NCBI GenBank assembly: GCA_947632715.1
Contig: CANRQF010000003.1
Location: forward strand, 1-44,328
From: an uncultured Bacilli bacterium
GTDB lineage: Bacteria; Bacillota_I; Bacilli_A; RF39; UBA660
DNA: 44,328 nt
Direction: 5' to 3'
The notes under the pieces were generated by a model that was given only the letters and a program-made list of their open reading frames with translations, was not told the origin of the DNA and made no database searches. Each line of letters begins with the position of its first letter. Position 1 is the first letter of the stretch. The translations under genes and the position numbers were made by a program. This document shows, in pieces, positions 10,621 through 20,446 of this stretch.

Positions 10621-11685
10621 CTAATATTCATACCATAAACCTTGACTTTTAAGTTCATTTATTTTAGCTTGATGTTCACTATAAGTCTTAGTAAAGTATG
10701 TTTTTTTATTTTTATCCGCTACAAAGTAATAATAATCATGAGCTTCTGGATTTAAAGAGGCTTCAATTGAAGATGATGATGGACTACAAATTGGTCCAAT
10801 TGGTAATTTTCCTCTATTACAACCATTTCTGGTATTATAGCCATTATTACAATTATTTAACTCACTACTTAAAAGTGGTTTACTAAAATCTTTTTGAGCT
10901 GCATAATAAGTTGTTACATCACTACCTAGTGAATCGCCAATATTTAAACGATTATAAAATACTCCGGCAACGCCTTCTCGATCATTGGCATTAACTCCTT
11001 CAAGTTCAACAATACTAGCCATCGTTAAAATTTCATGATAACTGTATTTACTCAATAATTGAGAAGCACTATAATTATCTAACACATTTTGCATTTTATC
11101 AAGCATTTTTTTAAATATACCCTTTAAAGACTCATCTTTATAATACTCATATGTACTTGGAAATAAATAACCTTCAAGACTATAATATAAGCCATCTTTT
11201 AATATACTTTCATCAATAAAATCATATGTATCAATTAGTTCTTGTAAATATTCTTTATCCTTTAAAAGGGTTGTTATTTCATCTTTTGAATAACCAAATG
11301 TCTTTTCTATTTGACTCATATAATCAGTTATTCTTTTGCCTTCAACAAATGTTATAGAAACACTGTCAATAATGGCATCTCCTTTATTTAAAATGGTAAA
11401 AATTTCCTTTACACCATCCTTCTTATTTATATTATATGTTCCAGCTTGAACACTGATATCTTTATGTAATTTTAAATATATTAAAGTAGCTATTTTACTT
11501 CTTATAATTTTTTCTTTAGCTAAATCATTAACTACACTTTTTAAAGAAGAACCACTACTAATTGTAAAGGTAACATATTCATCTTTTTTAGATACACCAT
11601 TTAAACTATAAGTATATAATCCTACTAATAACAATATTACAACTAATATACTAATCAATAACCCTATTATTACTTTCTTCTTCAT
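10621..11685 (-). CDS. mltG: endolytic transglycosylase MltG
   Basis: N-terminal TM, LEGYLFPSTY, ASIVELE, LPIGPICSP, YYYFVAD. Confidence 0.93.
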   Translation of the reverse strand: MKKKVIIGLLISILVVILLLVGLYTYSLNGVSKKDEYVTFTISSGSSLKSVVNDLAKEKIIRSKIATLIYLKLHKDISVQAGTYNINKKDGVKEIFTILNKGDAIIDSVSITFVEGKRITDYMSQIEKTFGYSKDEITTLLKDKEYLQELIDTYDFIDESILKDGLYYSLEGYLFPSTYEYYKDESLKGIFKKMLDKMQNVLDNYSASQLLSKYSYHEILTMASIVELEGVNANDREGVAGVFYNRLNIGDSLGSDVTTYYAAQKDFSKPLLSSELNNCNNGYNTRNGCNRGKLPIGPICSPSSSSIEASLNPEAHDYYYFVADKNKKTYFTKTYSEHQAKINELKSQGLWYEY

Positions 11686-11687
11686 TC

Positions 11688-11891
11688 TTAACCACTAATT
11701 CTTTCTAAAACTTTATTAACATAGTCTAATTCATCTTCAGATAAAGCTTTTAATTTTTTATTTTTAATTTTACCACTATAAAGTTTATCAGTTATATGAT
11801 CATGATAAACTATGTAAGTATCGTTATCTTTTTCTATTTTTAAAATAAGTTCAAATTCTCTTTCAACATCACGACTATTCTTGAGTCTCAT
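11688..11891 (-). CDS. DUF1292/YrzB-like small protein
   Basis: Position after ruvX; YIVY and EDELDYVNKVL pattern. Confidence 0.6.
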   Translation of the reverse strand: MRLKNSRDVEREFELILKIEKDNDTYIVYHDHITDKLYSGKIKNKKLKALSEDELDYVNKVLERISG

Positions 11892-12303
11892 TTTTACACT
11901 TCCTTAAATAATTTTCTAATATTATACAAGATGCTATACTATCAATTTTTTCTTTAGCATTTTTATAATTATCATTATTTTCGTGAATTATATCAATTGC
12001 ACTTTTAGTAGTTAACCTTTCATCCATTAAAGCAACTTCTATATTCTCTTTTTCTAATAAATCTTTAAAATTTAGACTACGATTACCAGCAAAACCAATA
12101 CTACCATCCATATTTTTAGGTAACCCCAATACAACTAATTTTATATCATTATTAAAAATTATTTCTTTTAATTTAGGAATTATACTTTCATATTCTTCAC
12201 TATTAAATCTTAAAACAGTATAGGGACTTACTAAAGTATTAGTTTTATCAGTTATACTTATTCCTAAAGTTTTAGTACCTAAATCTAATCCTAAATAACG
12301 CAT
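11875..12303 (-). CDS. ruvX: RuvX/YqgF pre-16S rRNA nuclease
   Basis: LGLDLGTKTLG, GLPKNMDG, DERLTT. Confidence 0.93.
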   Translation of the reverse strand: MRYLGLDLGTKTLGISITDKTNTLVSPYTVLRFNSEEYESIIPKLKEIIFNNDIKLVVLGLPKNMDGSIGFAGNRSLNFKDLLEKENIEVALMDERLTTKSAIDIIHENNDNYKNAKEKIDSIASCIILENYLRKCKNETQE

Positions 12304-12304
12304 T

Positions 12305-12547
12305 TTATTTACCTTCGTAAGAATTAATTAAAGCAAGTAATATTTCCTCTCTTTTTAATGTTTTTATTTTATCTCTTGCTCCTTCATAATTTGATATATA
12401 TGTAGCATCTCCCGTTAAAAGAAAGCCAACTAATTGATTTTCAGCATTATAGCCCTTCTTTTCTAAAGATACTATTACTTCATTTAAAGTTAATAATATT
12501 AATTCTTGTCTTAAAGCTGCAACATTAAATACACTTGTCTTATCCAT
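12305..12547 (-). CDS. ireB: IreB/ReoM (YrzL) regulatory phosphoprotein
   Basis: MDKT..F, LEKKGYN..NQLVGFLLTGDATYI....GAR. Confidence 0.88.
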   Translation of the reverse strand: MDKTSVFNVAALRQELILLTLNEVIVSLEKKGYNAENQLVGFLLTGDATYISNYEGARDKIKTLKREEILLALINSYEGK

Positions 12548-12635
12548 AATTTCATACCTTCCATTTAAATTAATTCTATCAAATTACTATCTCTTTTTCA
12601 ATTACTTTATAATTACTTTATAAAAAAAAGAATTA

Positions 12636-13187
12636 CTATTTTAAATTCTCTAGTAATTCTTCTTTCTTCATTGTGCTATAACCTTTAACACCAGCATCTT
12701 TAGCCATTGCTTTAAGTTCTGCTAAAGTTTTATTAGTTAAATCTTCTTTTTTAACTTCTTTTACTTCTTTTACTTCTTTTGTTTCTTTTGTTTCAGTTTT
12801 AGTTTCTTTAACTTCTACTTTAACTTTCTTACCAGCTAAAGCATCTTTACTAACTTTTACTAATTCAGTAAAACTAGCAGCATCATTGATAGCTATTTCA
12901 GATAACATCTTACGATTTATTTCAATACCAGCTTTATTTAAACCATCAATAAATTTAGAATAACTGATATCATTTAAACGACATGCAGCATTAATTCTTG
13001 TAATCCATAATTTACGGAAGTTTCTTTTATTTTGTCTTCTATCTCTAAATGCATATGCTCCACTATGGAATACTTGTTCTTGAGCTGTTTTATATAATCT
13101 ATGTTTACTTCCAAAATAACCTTTTGCTTGTTTTAAAACTTTACGTCTTCTATTTTTTGATACGTTTCCGCCTTTAACTCTTGCCAT
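12636..13187 (-). CDS. rplT: 50S ribosomal protein bL20 with a C-terminal KE-rich linker and Rho_N-like domain
   Basis: MARVK...[14 protein letters not shown] core plus an extension of about 65 aa. Confidence 0.95.
   Translation of the reverse strand: MARVKGGNVSKNRRRKVLKQAKGYFGSKHRLYKTAQEQVFHSGAYAFRDRRQNKRNFRKLWITRINAACRLNDISYSKFIDGLNKAGIEINRKMLSEIAINDAASFTELVKVSKDALAGKKVKVEVKETKTETKETKEVKEVKEVKKEDLTNKTLAELKAMAKDAGVKGYSTMKKEELLENLK
12746..12822 (-). repeat. imperfect 9-bp tandem repeat (AAAGAAGTA/AAAGAAACA) coding the KEV/KET linker
   Basis: Protein [22 protein letters not shown]. Confidence 0.7.
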
Positions 13188-13198
13188 TATTTATCCCC

Positions 13199-13390
13199 CT
13201 ATCTGATAACAGATTTTAATCTGTTAGCTTCTCCTTTCGCTAAAACTCCTTTGTTTCTTCTTTGTCTAACTGCTTTAGAAGAATCTTTACTTGTTTTATG
13301 ATTTCCATTACCTTTTTTATAAGTTAATGTACCATTTTTCTTAACTTTTAAAACTTTACTACTAGCTTTATGTGTTTTTTGTTTTCCCAT
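13199..13390 (-). CDS. rpmI: 50S ribosomal protein bL35
   Basis: KQKTHKASSK; located between infC and rplT. Confidence 0.93.
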   Translation of the reverse strand: MGKQKTHKASSKVLKVKKNGTLTYKKGNGNHKTSKDSSKAVRQRRNKGVLAKGEANRLKSVIR

Positions 13391-13413
13391 AATTACATTT
13401 CTCCTTCTACTTC

Positions 13414-13938
13414 TTATTTTTTAGGCGCTAATAACATAGACATTTGGCGTCCTTCTAATTTTGGTTCACTCTCTATTTGACTTACATCGCTTAACTTTTC
13501 GGCAAATCCTAAAAGAACATCTTTGCCAAGTTCAGTATGGGCCATTTCACGACCTTTAAATTTAATAAAAGCCTTAATTTTATGTCCCTTTACTAAATAA
13601 TCATAAGCATTCTTTCTTCTAGTTTCTAAATCATGAACATCAATTTTAACTGAAAGACGATACTCTTTAACATCTTTATTGTTTTCTCTTTGTTTCTTTT
13701 GAGTTTCTTTTAGTTTCTTTTGTTTTTCATAACGATACTTATTATAATCCATAATTTTCGCTACAGCTGGTGTACTATTTTCACTCATTAAAACTAAATC
13801 TAAGCCAGCATAATTTGCTAGTGTTAGAGCATCTTCAATTTTCTTGACACCCATTTTTTCGCCATTTGGACCAATAACCATTACCTCTGCTACTTTAATT
13901 TGCTCATTTATTAGTAGCTCATCTGTTTTTGCTATAAT
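13414..13938 (-). CDS. infC: translation initiation factor IF-3, non-AUG start (ATT 13938 or ATA 13935)
   Basis: INEQI...KIMDYNKYRYE...FKGRE; SD GGAGG at 13948-13944 is followed by ATT/ATA, as is usual for infC. Confidence 0.93.
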   Translation of the reverse strand: MIAKTDELLINEQIKVAEVMVIGPNGEKMGVKKIEDALTLANYAGLDLVLMSENSTPAVAKIMDYNKYRYEKQKKLKETQKKQRENNKDVKEYRLSVKIDVHDLETRRKNAYDYLVKGHKIKAFIKFKGREMAHTELGKDVLLGFAEKLSDVSQIESEPKLEGRQMSMLLAPKK

Positions 13939-13956
13939 TAGCACCTCCATATAAAT

Positions 13957-14072
13957 TAAAAAGTGAGTATATTTATACCCACTTAAAAAACCTATTTAAT
14001 CTACTCTTTATCTTCGGCTTTTTACCTATTACTAATGTGTAATCAGGTGGATATAAATCGCTTTCCTTTTTA
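13957..14072 (-). promoter_or_regulatory. L20 leader (infC-rpmI-rplT attenuator)
   Basis: CACCTGAT...AGGTAAA stem and terminator AAGTGGGTAT-AA-ATACTCACTTTT; TTGACA...TGnTAAAAT promoter at about 14084-14113. Confidence 0.75.
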
Positions 14073-14132
14073 ATAACGATAATATTTTAACACTATAGTA
14101 TATGTTTTGTCAAACATTTCTATGCTTCAAAC

Positions 14133-14936
14133 TTATTTTAACTTAGGTTTATCTTCTTTTAAGTAATAATTACAAGTAATATAATTTCTATCTAATGGTT
14201 CATCTGGATGAATTGGCTGTCCATAAATTTCACTAAGTTTAGCAAAATCAAATGTAATACTATCTATATTGGAAATATCTTCTTTGCCAATAATGGAAAA
14301 AGCAGGAACATACCCATTAATAAGAGTTACTGGATTAGTGGCATCATATAATATCAAAGTACCATCTTTCATTTTAAATATATTATAGGCATGTACTTCT
14401 TTAGAGTCTTCAACAATTAATTCACCAAATAATAAATAACTTTTTATACCACAAAATTCTGCTAAATTTTGAACAGCAGCACTTCTTTCTGAACATAATG
14501 CTGAATTATTTTTATAAAAATCTCCGATTGATAATAACTCATTACCTCTATCTTTTAAATAAACGCTTTCCCTAATTGACTGATTACCTTTATATCCAAA
14601 TGCTTCAATAGTAAAATTTTGTAATTCATGAAAAAATTGTAAAAAATTATCAAAATTTTTGCCTTTAATAAATTTCATAAATTCTATATATAATGTTGCA
14701 TCGTTCATATAAAATGGATCAACTAAATAAGATGCGATAATAGGACTATCTGAATTAATATACCCTTCATTAATTGTACCAATCAAGCGACCATTATTAT
14801 TCCTGTTAATTTCTCTTGGCTTTGAATTATTCTCTAACCATTCAAGTCTAGACATAACAAATCCTTTAATTTGTTCTTCGTTTTCTAAAGAATTAATATA
14901 TGCTATTATTTCTCTAAAAGAATTAATATTATTCAT
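14133..14936 (-). CDS. hypothetical protein with a transglutaminase-like Cys-His-Asp triad
   Basis: ALCSERSA, HAYNI, YDATNP. Confidence 0.6.
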   Translation of the reverse strand: MNNINSFREIIAYINSLENEEQIKGFVMSRLEWLENNSKPREINRNNNGRLIGTINEGYINSDSPIIASYLVDPFYMNDATLYIEFMKFIKGKNFDNFLQFFHELQNFTIEAFGYKGNQSIRESVYLKDRGNELLSIGDFYKNNSALCSERSAAVQNLAEFCGIKSYLLFGELIVEDSKEVHAYNIFKMKDGTLILYDATNPVTLINGYVPAFSIIGKEDISNIDSITFDFAKLSEIYGQPIHPDEPLDRNYITCNYYLKEDKPKLK

Positions 14937-15047
14937 ACTTACTCTCCTTTAAGATTCATACTACTTTTTATAAGTATATCATAATATTTAATTACATAAT
15001 AATATATCTTTTTATTTATGCTATAATTTAACTGTAAAGGATTAAAA

Positions 15048-15554
15048 ATGATTATTGAAGGTTATAAAGGATTTAATAGTAATAAAACTAATAGATATGG
15101 TGCATCTTTTGAAGAAGGTAAAACCTATAAAATAGATGGTGATATTTCATTTGGAAATACTGGTAATGGGTTTCACATGTGTACTTCTTTATCTGATGTT
15201 TTTCGCTATTTTGATAATGATATAGTAGTTGCTAAAGTTATTGGTTATGGTAATACTGTCTGTTATAATGATGAATATAATGGCTATTATAATATGTATG
15301 CTGTTTCTAATTTACTCATTAGATATTTCTTAACAAGAGAACAAATTATAGAAATAATGTTAAATGCATCTTATTATGAATGTGAAAATTTTTTAAAGAC
15401 TTTTAAATTAACTGATTTAGAAAAGCAATTATTTTTAAACAAATATCAAAGTGATTATTATATGACTAAACTTATTCTTTATTATCAATATAATTATTTA
15501 GATATATATGAAAAAAATCCTAATATAAAAGAAATAACTAGAAAATTAATCTAG
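15048..15554 (+). CDS. hypothetical protein with a phage-type GYKGF...GFHxC N-terminal domain
   Basis: EGYKGFN...FEEGKTY...GFHMCTSLSDVFRYF; SD AAGGA. Confidence 0.65.
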   Translation: MIIEGYKGFNSNKTNRYGASFEEGKTYKIDGDISFGNTGNGFHMCTSLSDVFRYFDNDIVVAKVIGYGNTVCYNDEYNGYYNMYAVSNLLIRYFLTREQIIEIMLNASYYECENFLKTFKLTDLEKQLFLNKYQSDYYMTKLILYYQYNYLDIYEKNPNIKEITRKLI

Positions 15555-15782
15555 TTATTTATAAAAATGTTTCATTAATTCAGTTGTTTCATCATAAGTT
15601 GTCTTTCTCACTTTACCTTTATCAATTACAATAAATTCAAAATTACCTAAATATAACGTTTTAAAAAAAGATCTTATTGGTTCATAAACTTTCATTTTAT
15701 TATAAGAGCCTCGATAAATCGCTAACTTATACCCTTCTTTTATAGCTTTTATATTTGCTCTTAGACCATTAATTATTATCAT
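15555..15782 (-). CDS. hypothetical small basic protein
   Basis: 75-aa ORF, SD GGAGG. Confidence 0.6.
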   Translation of the reverse strand: MIIINGLRANIKAIKEGYKLAIYRGSYNKMKVYEPIRSFFKTLYLGNFEFIVIDKGKVRKTTYDETTELMKHFYK

Positions 15783-15911
15783 TTACACCCTCCAGAATGT
15801 ACTCATACTCTTCTTTTTAACTACATTATACATTATTTATTAGTGGCATTAATTTATAAAATGTCAATTAGACAAATTGTTTACAAAAGAAAAAGAACTA
15901 AATTAATAGTT

Positions 15912-17660
15912 CTAATCTTTATTTTCTATTTTATCTTCAATAAATTTGATAAATTCATCATAAGATACAGTTGTAGTTTCTTCACTACCATATAAACGAT
16001 AACTTATTGTTTGATTATCAACTTCTTTTTGACCTAAGATTAAAGTTACAGGAATCTTATTTACAACTGATTCACGCATCTTATAACCAAGTTTTTCTTC
16101 TCTATCATCTATCTTTACCCGATAGTCACTTAATTTTTCTTTTATTTCTTTAGCATACTCTAAATGATATTCATTATTAACAGGAATAATATTAATTTGA
16201 ACTGGTGCAAGCCAAAGTGGAAGAGCTCCTTTTGTTTCTTCAAGATAATAAGCAATAAAACGATCTAAACTGCCAAATACTGCTCTATGAAGAACAACTG
16301 GAGTTTTCTTTTCACCATCAGAATCAATATATGTTAAATCAAATTTCATTGGTAAACAGAAATCTAATTGACAAGTAGATAAAGTATATTCATTACCTAC
16401 TGCTGGTTTAACTTGAACATCAAGTTTAGGTCCATAGAATGCTGCTTCACCAATTTTTTCAACATAATCAATTTTTAAATCATCTAATACCTTTCTTAAA
16501 GTATTTTCAGCTTTATTCCACATATCATCATCTGGATAATATTTAACTTTATCTTCTTTATCTCTCAATGATAATTCAAAATGATAATTAGTAATATGTA
16601 ATTCTTTATAAACTTCTAAGATTAAATTAACAACTAGAGAAAATTCACTTTCAATTTGTTCAGGTGTTACAAAAATATGAGCATCATTTTGACAGAATGT
16701 TCTAACTCTTTCAATACCTTTTAGAGCTCCACTTGCTTCAAAACGACAATCTCTTGCTATTTCACCAATTCTAATTGGTAAATCTTTATATGAATGAATA
16801 CTATTTGCGTAAATCATCATATGATGTGGACAATTCATTGGTCTTAAAACAAATTCTTCACCTTCAACTTCCATTTTTGGAAACATATTATCTTTATAAT
16901 GATCCCAGTGACCACTTGTTTTATATAATTCAACATTTCCTAAAGGTGGTGTTAAAACATGTAAGTAACCTAATTTTCTTTCTTTACCTTTAATATAATT
17001 TTCTAAAGTTTCCCAAACAATATAACCATTTGGTAAATACATAGGAAGTCCTTTACCTACTAAATCGTTAGTCATAAAGATACCTAAATCTTTACCAAGT
17101 TTTCGATGATCACGCATTTTTGCTTCTTCTAATTCTTGTAAATAACTATTTAACTCTTCTTCAGTTGGAAAGCAAATACCATAGATTCTTTGTAACATCT
17201 TGTTACTGGCGTCCCCTTTCCAATAAGCTCCACTAAACTTAAGTAATTTAAAATTTTTAAGTTCCTTAACTGATTCAACATGAGGTCCACGGCATAGGTC
17301 AGTAAAATCACCTTGAGTATAACAAGAAATAACTGTTTCTGCTTCATCCATTCTTTCGATTAAATCAATCTTATATGGATCATCTTTGAACATTTCTAAA
17401 GCCTCTTTTTTACTTATTTCATGTCTTACAATTCTTTTGCCATCCTTAGCAATTTTTTTCATTTCCTTCTCAATTAAAGGTATATCTTCTTCACTAATTA
17501 CTTTATCTCCTAAATCAATATCATAGTAGAATCCATCTTCAATAACTGGCCCTACCCAAAATTTAGCATCAGGATATAAATGTTTAATAGCTTGTGCCAT
17601 TAAATGCGCACAACTATGATTTAATTTATTTAATTTTTCATCTTCTTTAATATTTATCAT
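15912..17660 (-). CDS. thrS: threonyl-tRNA synthetase (short form without the N-terminal TGS domain)
   Basis: HSCAHLMAQA, DLCRGPH, RDHRKLG, RPMNCP, AAFYGPKLD. Confidence 0.97.
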   Translation of the reverse strand: MINIKEDEKLNKLNHSCAHLMAQAIKHLYPDAKFWVGPVIEDGFYYDIDLGDKVISEEDIPLIEKEMKKIAKDGKRIVRHEISKKEALEMFKDDPYKIDLIERMDEAETVISCYTQGDFTDLCRGPHVESVKELKNFKLLKFSGAYWKGDASNKMLQRIYGICFPTEEELNSYLQELEEAKMRDHRKLGKDLGIFMTNDLVGKGLPMYLPNGYIVWETLENYIKGKERKLGYLHVLTPPLGNVELYKTSGHWDHYKDNMFPKMEVEGEEFVLRPMNCPHHMMIYANSIHSYKDLPIRIGEIARDCRFEASGALKGIERVRTFCQNDAHIFVTPEQIESEFSLVVNLILEVYKELHITNYHFELSLRDKEDKVKYYPDDDMWNKAENTLRKVLDDLKIDYVEKIGEAAFYGPKLDVQVKPAVGNEYTLSTCQLDFCLPMKFDLTYIDSDGEKKTPVVLHRAVFGSLDRFIAYYLEETKGALPLWLAPVQINIIPVNNEYHLEYAKEIKEKLSDYRVKIDDREEKLGYKMRESVVNKIPVTLILGQKEVDNQTISYRLYGSEETTTVSYDEFIKFIEDKIENKD

Positions 17661-18285
17661 TTTTCTCCTCCTTAATATAAATATCTACTTTTATATCTTT
17701 ATTTATTAATGATTTAAATTCATCTTTTAAATTAATACTACCGACAATACTGCCATAATGAATGGGAATAGCAATTTTCGGTTTTATATAGTTTATATAT
17801 TCACTTGCTTCTTTAACATCCATTGTATAAGTTCCACCAATAGGAATAAAACAAATATCGGTTTTAATATTTTTATTTTCTTCTAAAGCATCAGTGTCAC
17901 CCATTATGTAATATGTAGTGTTATCAATAGTTAAAAGGTAACCAACATATTTAGCACTTTTAGGATGGAAAGCTTTGCTAACATTATAAGCAGGTACGGT
18001 TCGAAAATAAAACTCTTCTAAAGAATACTCTTGACTTGGCTCTACTAATAAGACATTAGAAGTTATTTTTTGAAGAGAATCTTTTAAAATTAAGGGAGCA
18101 ATAATCATTGTGTCATCTTTAATTACTTTTTGAATAGATTTCTCATCATAATGGTCATAGTGGTTATGAGTAATAAAAATATAATCGGCATCATGATAAT
18201 TAGTATCTATTTGAAAAGGATCAAAATAGATTATTTTTTTGCCACTTAATTTAATAGATGATTGCCTAAATACTTCAATTTGCAT
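17647..18285 (-). CDS. metallo-beta-lactamase-fold hydrolase
   Basis: THNHYDH, GDTD, PIGGTYTM, PIHYG; start MQIEVF behind SD AAGGA (the ORF-track start lies inside the T-box). Confidence 0.88.
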   Translation of the reverse strand: MQIEVFRQSSIKLSGKKIIYFDPFQIDTNYHDADYIFITHNHYDHYDEKSIQKVIKDDTMIIAPLILKDSLQKITSNVLLVEPSQEYSLEEFYFRTVPAYNVSKAFHPKSAKYVGYLLTIDNTTYYIMGDTDALEENKNIKTDICFIPIGGTYTMDVKEASEYINYIKPKIAIPIHYGSIVGSINLKDEFKSLINKDIKVDIYIKEEKNDKY

Positions 18286-18304
18286 AATATTCCTTCTTTC
18301 TAAA

Positions 18305-18498
18305 ATAAAAAAGATGATACCTAAGGAGTGCATAAAGCACGGTACCATCCTTTAATTACTTAATTTAGATAACGGTTTTACCCGGAGCTTATTAGGCTCT
18401 CTAGAGAATAGTAATTACTAAACTTTTTGTTAATTTCCACCAAGCATTAACTCTCTTTAAAAATATTATTTAGTAATCGTGTTTCTCATAATCGATTT
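18305..18498 (-). promoter_or_regulatory. Thr T-box riboswitch
   Basis: AGAGA and GGTGGAA stem-I motifs, probable specifier ACT at 18412-18410, T-box GGATGGTACCGTG, terminator with T-tract. Confidence 0.85.
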
Positions 18499-18536
18499 AC
18501 AAATTAATTTTAACACTTTTAATTACTGATTGCAAA

Positions 18537-18752
18537 TTATTTTTTACTTGGTACTAAATCTATACCACCTTTACTAAACGGATTACATTTAAGAATCCTT
18601 TTAATAGCAAGAATAGTACCTTTAAAAGAACCATGAATAGTAATTGCCTCCTTAGCATAATTAGAACAGGTTGGATAGTACTTACATTTACTATGACTAG
18701 ATAAAGGCAAGCTTTGATAAATATCAATTAATTTCAATAATAATTTCTTCAT
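18537..18752 (-). CDS. yidD: membrane protein insertion efficiency factor YidD
   Basis: CKYYPTCSNYA...RILKCNPFSKGGIDLVP. Confidence 0.93.
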   Translation of the reverse strand: MKKLLLKLIDIYQSLPLSSHSKCKYYPTCSNYAKEAITIHGSFKGTILAIKRILKCNPFSKGGIDLVPSKK

Positions 18753-18812
18753 AATTAAAGTATAAGATTTTATAATTAAGTTGGCAAGTAAAAAATTTAC
18801 CAAAAATAGGTA

Positions 18813-18863
18813 TTGCGTTTTTTAATGGAATATAATATACTCAATTTAGCGAACAAATATTCG
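18813..18863 (+). promoter_or_regulatory. sigma-A promoter with LexA (Cheo) box
   Basis: TTGCGT-17-TATACT, then CGAACAAATATTCG (18850-18863; one mismatch to CGAAC-N4-GTTCG) abutting SD GGAGG. Confidence 0.75.
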
Positions 18864-18873
18864 GAGGTAAAAT

Positions 18874-20136
18874 ATGAATGAAATATATCCTGAAAGAAAT
18901 ATTTTATGTATTGATTTAAAAAGCTTTTTTGCATCATGTGAATGTGTAGAAATGGGCCTTGATCCTTTTACTTATCCTTTGGTGGTTGCTAATAAAAAAC
19001 AAGGTAATGGGGCAATTACTTTAGCAGTTACCCCCTATTTAAAAAGTTTGGGAGTTAAATCGAGAGGCAGATTATATGAAATCAAACCGAACATCAAATA
19101 TTTTATTGCAAATCCAAGAATGGATTTATATATTAAAAAAAGTAAAGAAGTTATTAGTATTTATTTAGATTTTGTTAGTAGCGAGGATTTACATATTTAC
19201 TCTATCGATGAATGTTTTTTAGATGTTACGCATTATCTTAAAATGTATAAAATGACGGATGAAGAATTAGCCCTAAAAATACTTAATACAATTTATGATA
19301 AAACGGGATTAACTGCAACTTGTGGAATTGGTCCTAATATGTTACTTGCTAAAGTAGCTATGGATATAGAAGCTAAACATAATAAAAATAATATTGCCAA
19401 GTGGACTTATAATGATATTAAAGATAAATTATGGCCTATTACTCCCCTTTCTAATATGTGGGGAATCGGTAAAAGAATGGAAAAAAATTTAAATAATTTG
19501 GGAATATATAAAGTTGAAGATTTAGCGAAGATGGATAAAAATGTTTTAAAAGATAAATTTGGTATTATGGGACTTGAACTTTGGAATCATGCTAATGGGA
19601 TAGATTTAAGCGTTATTAAAGATTATAAAAAATTAGCGAAAACTGAATCATATAGTCATTCGCAAGTATTATTTAAAGATTACAACGAAAATAACATCAA
19701 ATTAATTATTAATGAAATGGTTGAAGTTCTAACCGCTAGACTTCGCAAAAACAATAAACTTACTAAATGCATTGGTTTTGGCATTGGATATTCTAAAGAA
19801 ATAGATAATGGTTTTTACCATACAATAAAATTAGATACGGCGACTGATTCTACTGCTGAAATTTTAAAATATTGTCTAATAATTTTTGACAAATTTTATG
19901 AAAATTTGCCGATTAGAAAAGTTTCTATTAGTTTAGCTAATTTAGAGAAAAAAGAAAGCAAGCAATTAAATTTGTTTGAAAATAGCATAATTGAAAATAA
20001 AAATGGTCATATTAATGAGCAAATTGATGAAATAAAAAATCGATTTGGTAAAAATAGCTTATTAAAAGCAACCAATTTATTAAATGATTCTACTGCTATT
20101 GAAAGGAATAAGAAAATTGGTGGTCACTATGCTTGA
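18874..20136 (+). CDS. Y-family DNA polymerase (UvrX/YqjW/UmuC-like)
   Basis: CIDLKSFFASCE, YSIDECFLD, GIGPNMLLAKVAMD, IGGH C-terminus. Confidence 0.93.
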   Translation: MNEIYPERNILCIDLKSFFASCECVEMGLDPFTYPLVVANKKQGNGAITLAVTPYLKSLGVKSRGRLYEIKPNIKYFIANPRMDLYIKKSKEVISIYLDFVSSEDLHIYSIDECFLDVTHYLKMYKMTDEELALKILNTIYDKTGLTATCGIGPNMLLAKVAMDIEAKHNKNNIAKWTYNDIKDKLWPITPLSNMWGIGKRMEKNLNNLGIYKVEDLAKMDKNVLKDKFGIMGLELWNHANGIDLSVIKDYKKLAKTESYSHSQVLFKDYNENNIKLIINEMVEVLTARLRKNNKLTKCIGFGIGYSKEIDNGFYHTIKLDTATDSTAEILKYCLIIFDKFYENLPIRKVSISLANLEKKESKQLNLFENSIIENKNGHINEQIDEIKNRFGKNSLLKATNLLNDSTAIERNKKIGGHYA

Positions 20137-20446
20137 TCGGGGAATAATTAAATGGCAACCATTTGATTCATGCTTTAATTCAAAACAAATTATTTGTGAC
20201 CTAGAAAATGAAAAAGAAAAACAAAATTTACCAGTATTATCGGAAGATCAATTAAATGTTTTAGAAGAAGAAGTAATAAATGCTTATAACTTAAAACAAC
20301 TTATCAATATTCAATATTACTATAATGGAAATATTAGAACTATAAATGGCCAAATCAATTTTATAGATGTTCAAAAAAAAGAAATGATTTTAAATAATGT
20401 AGGAATATATTTTAAACAAATAATAAAAATAGAAGAGTTAAATTAA
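20129..20446 (+). CDS. YolD-like protein
   Basis: MLDRGIIKWQPF...PVLSEDQ; coupled to the polymerase gene. Confidence 0.85.
   Translation: MLDRGIIKWQPFDSCFNSKQIICDLENEKEKQNLPVLSEDQLNVLEEEVINAYNLKQLINIQYYYNGNIRTINGQINFIDVQKKEMILNNVGIYFKQIIKIEELN

Noticed and set aside
13939-13950. ATG start for infC given by the ORF track
   Set aside because: That ATG overlaps the SD; an ATT/ATA start is standard infC autoregulation, so not novel
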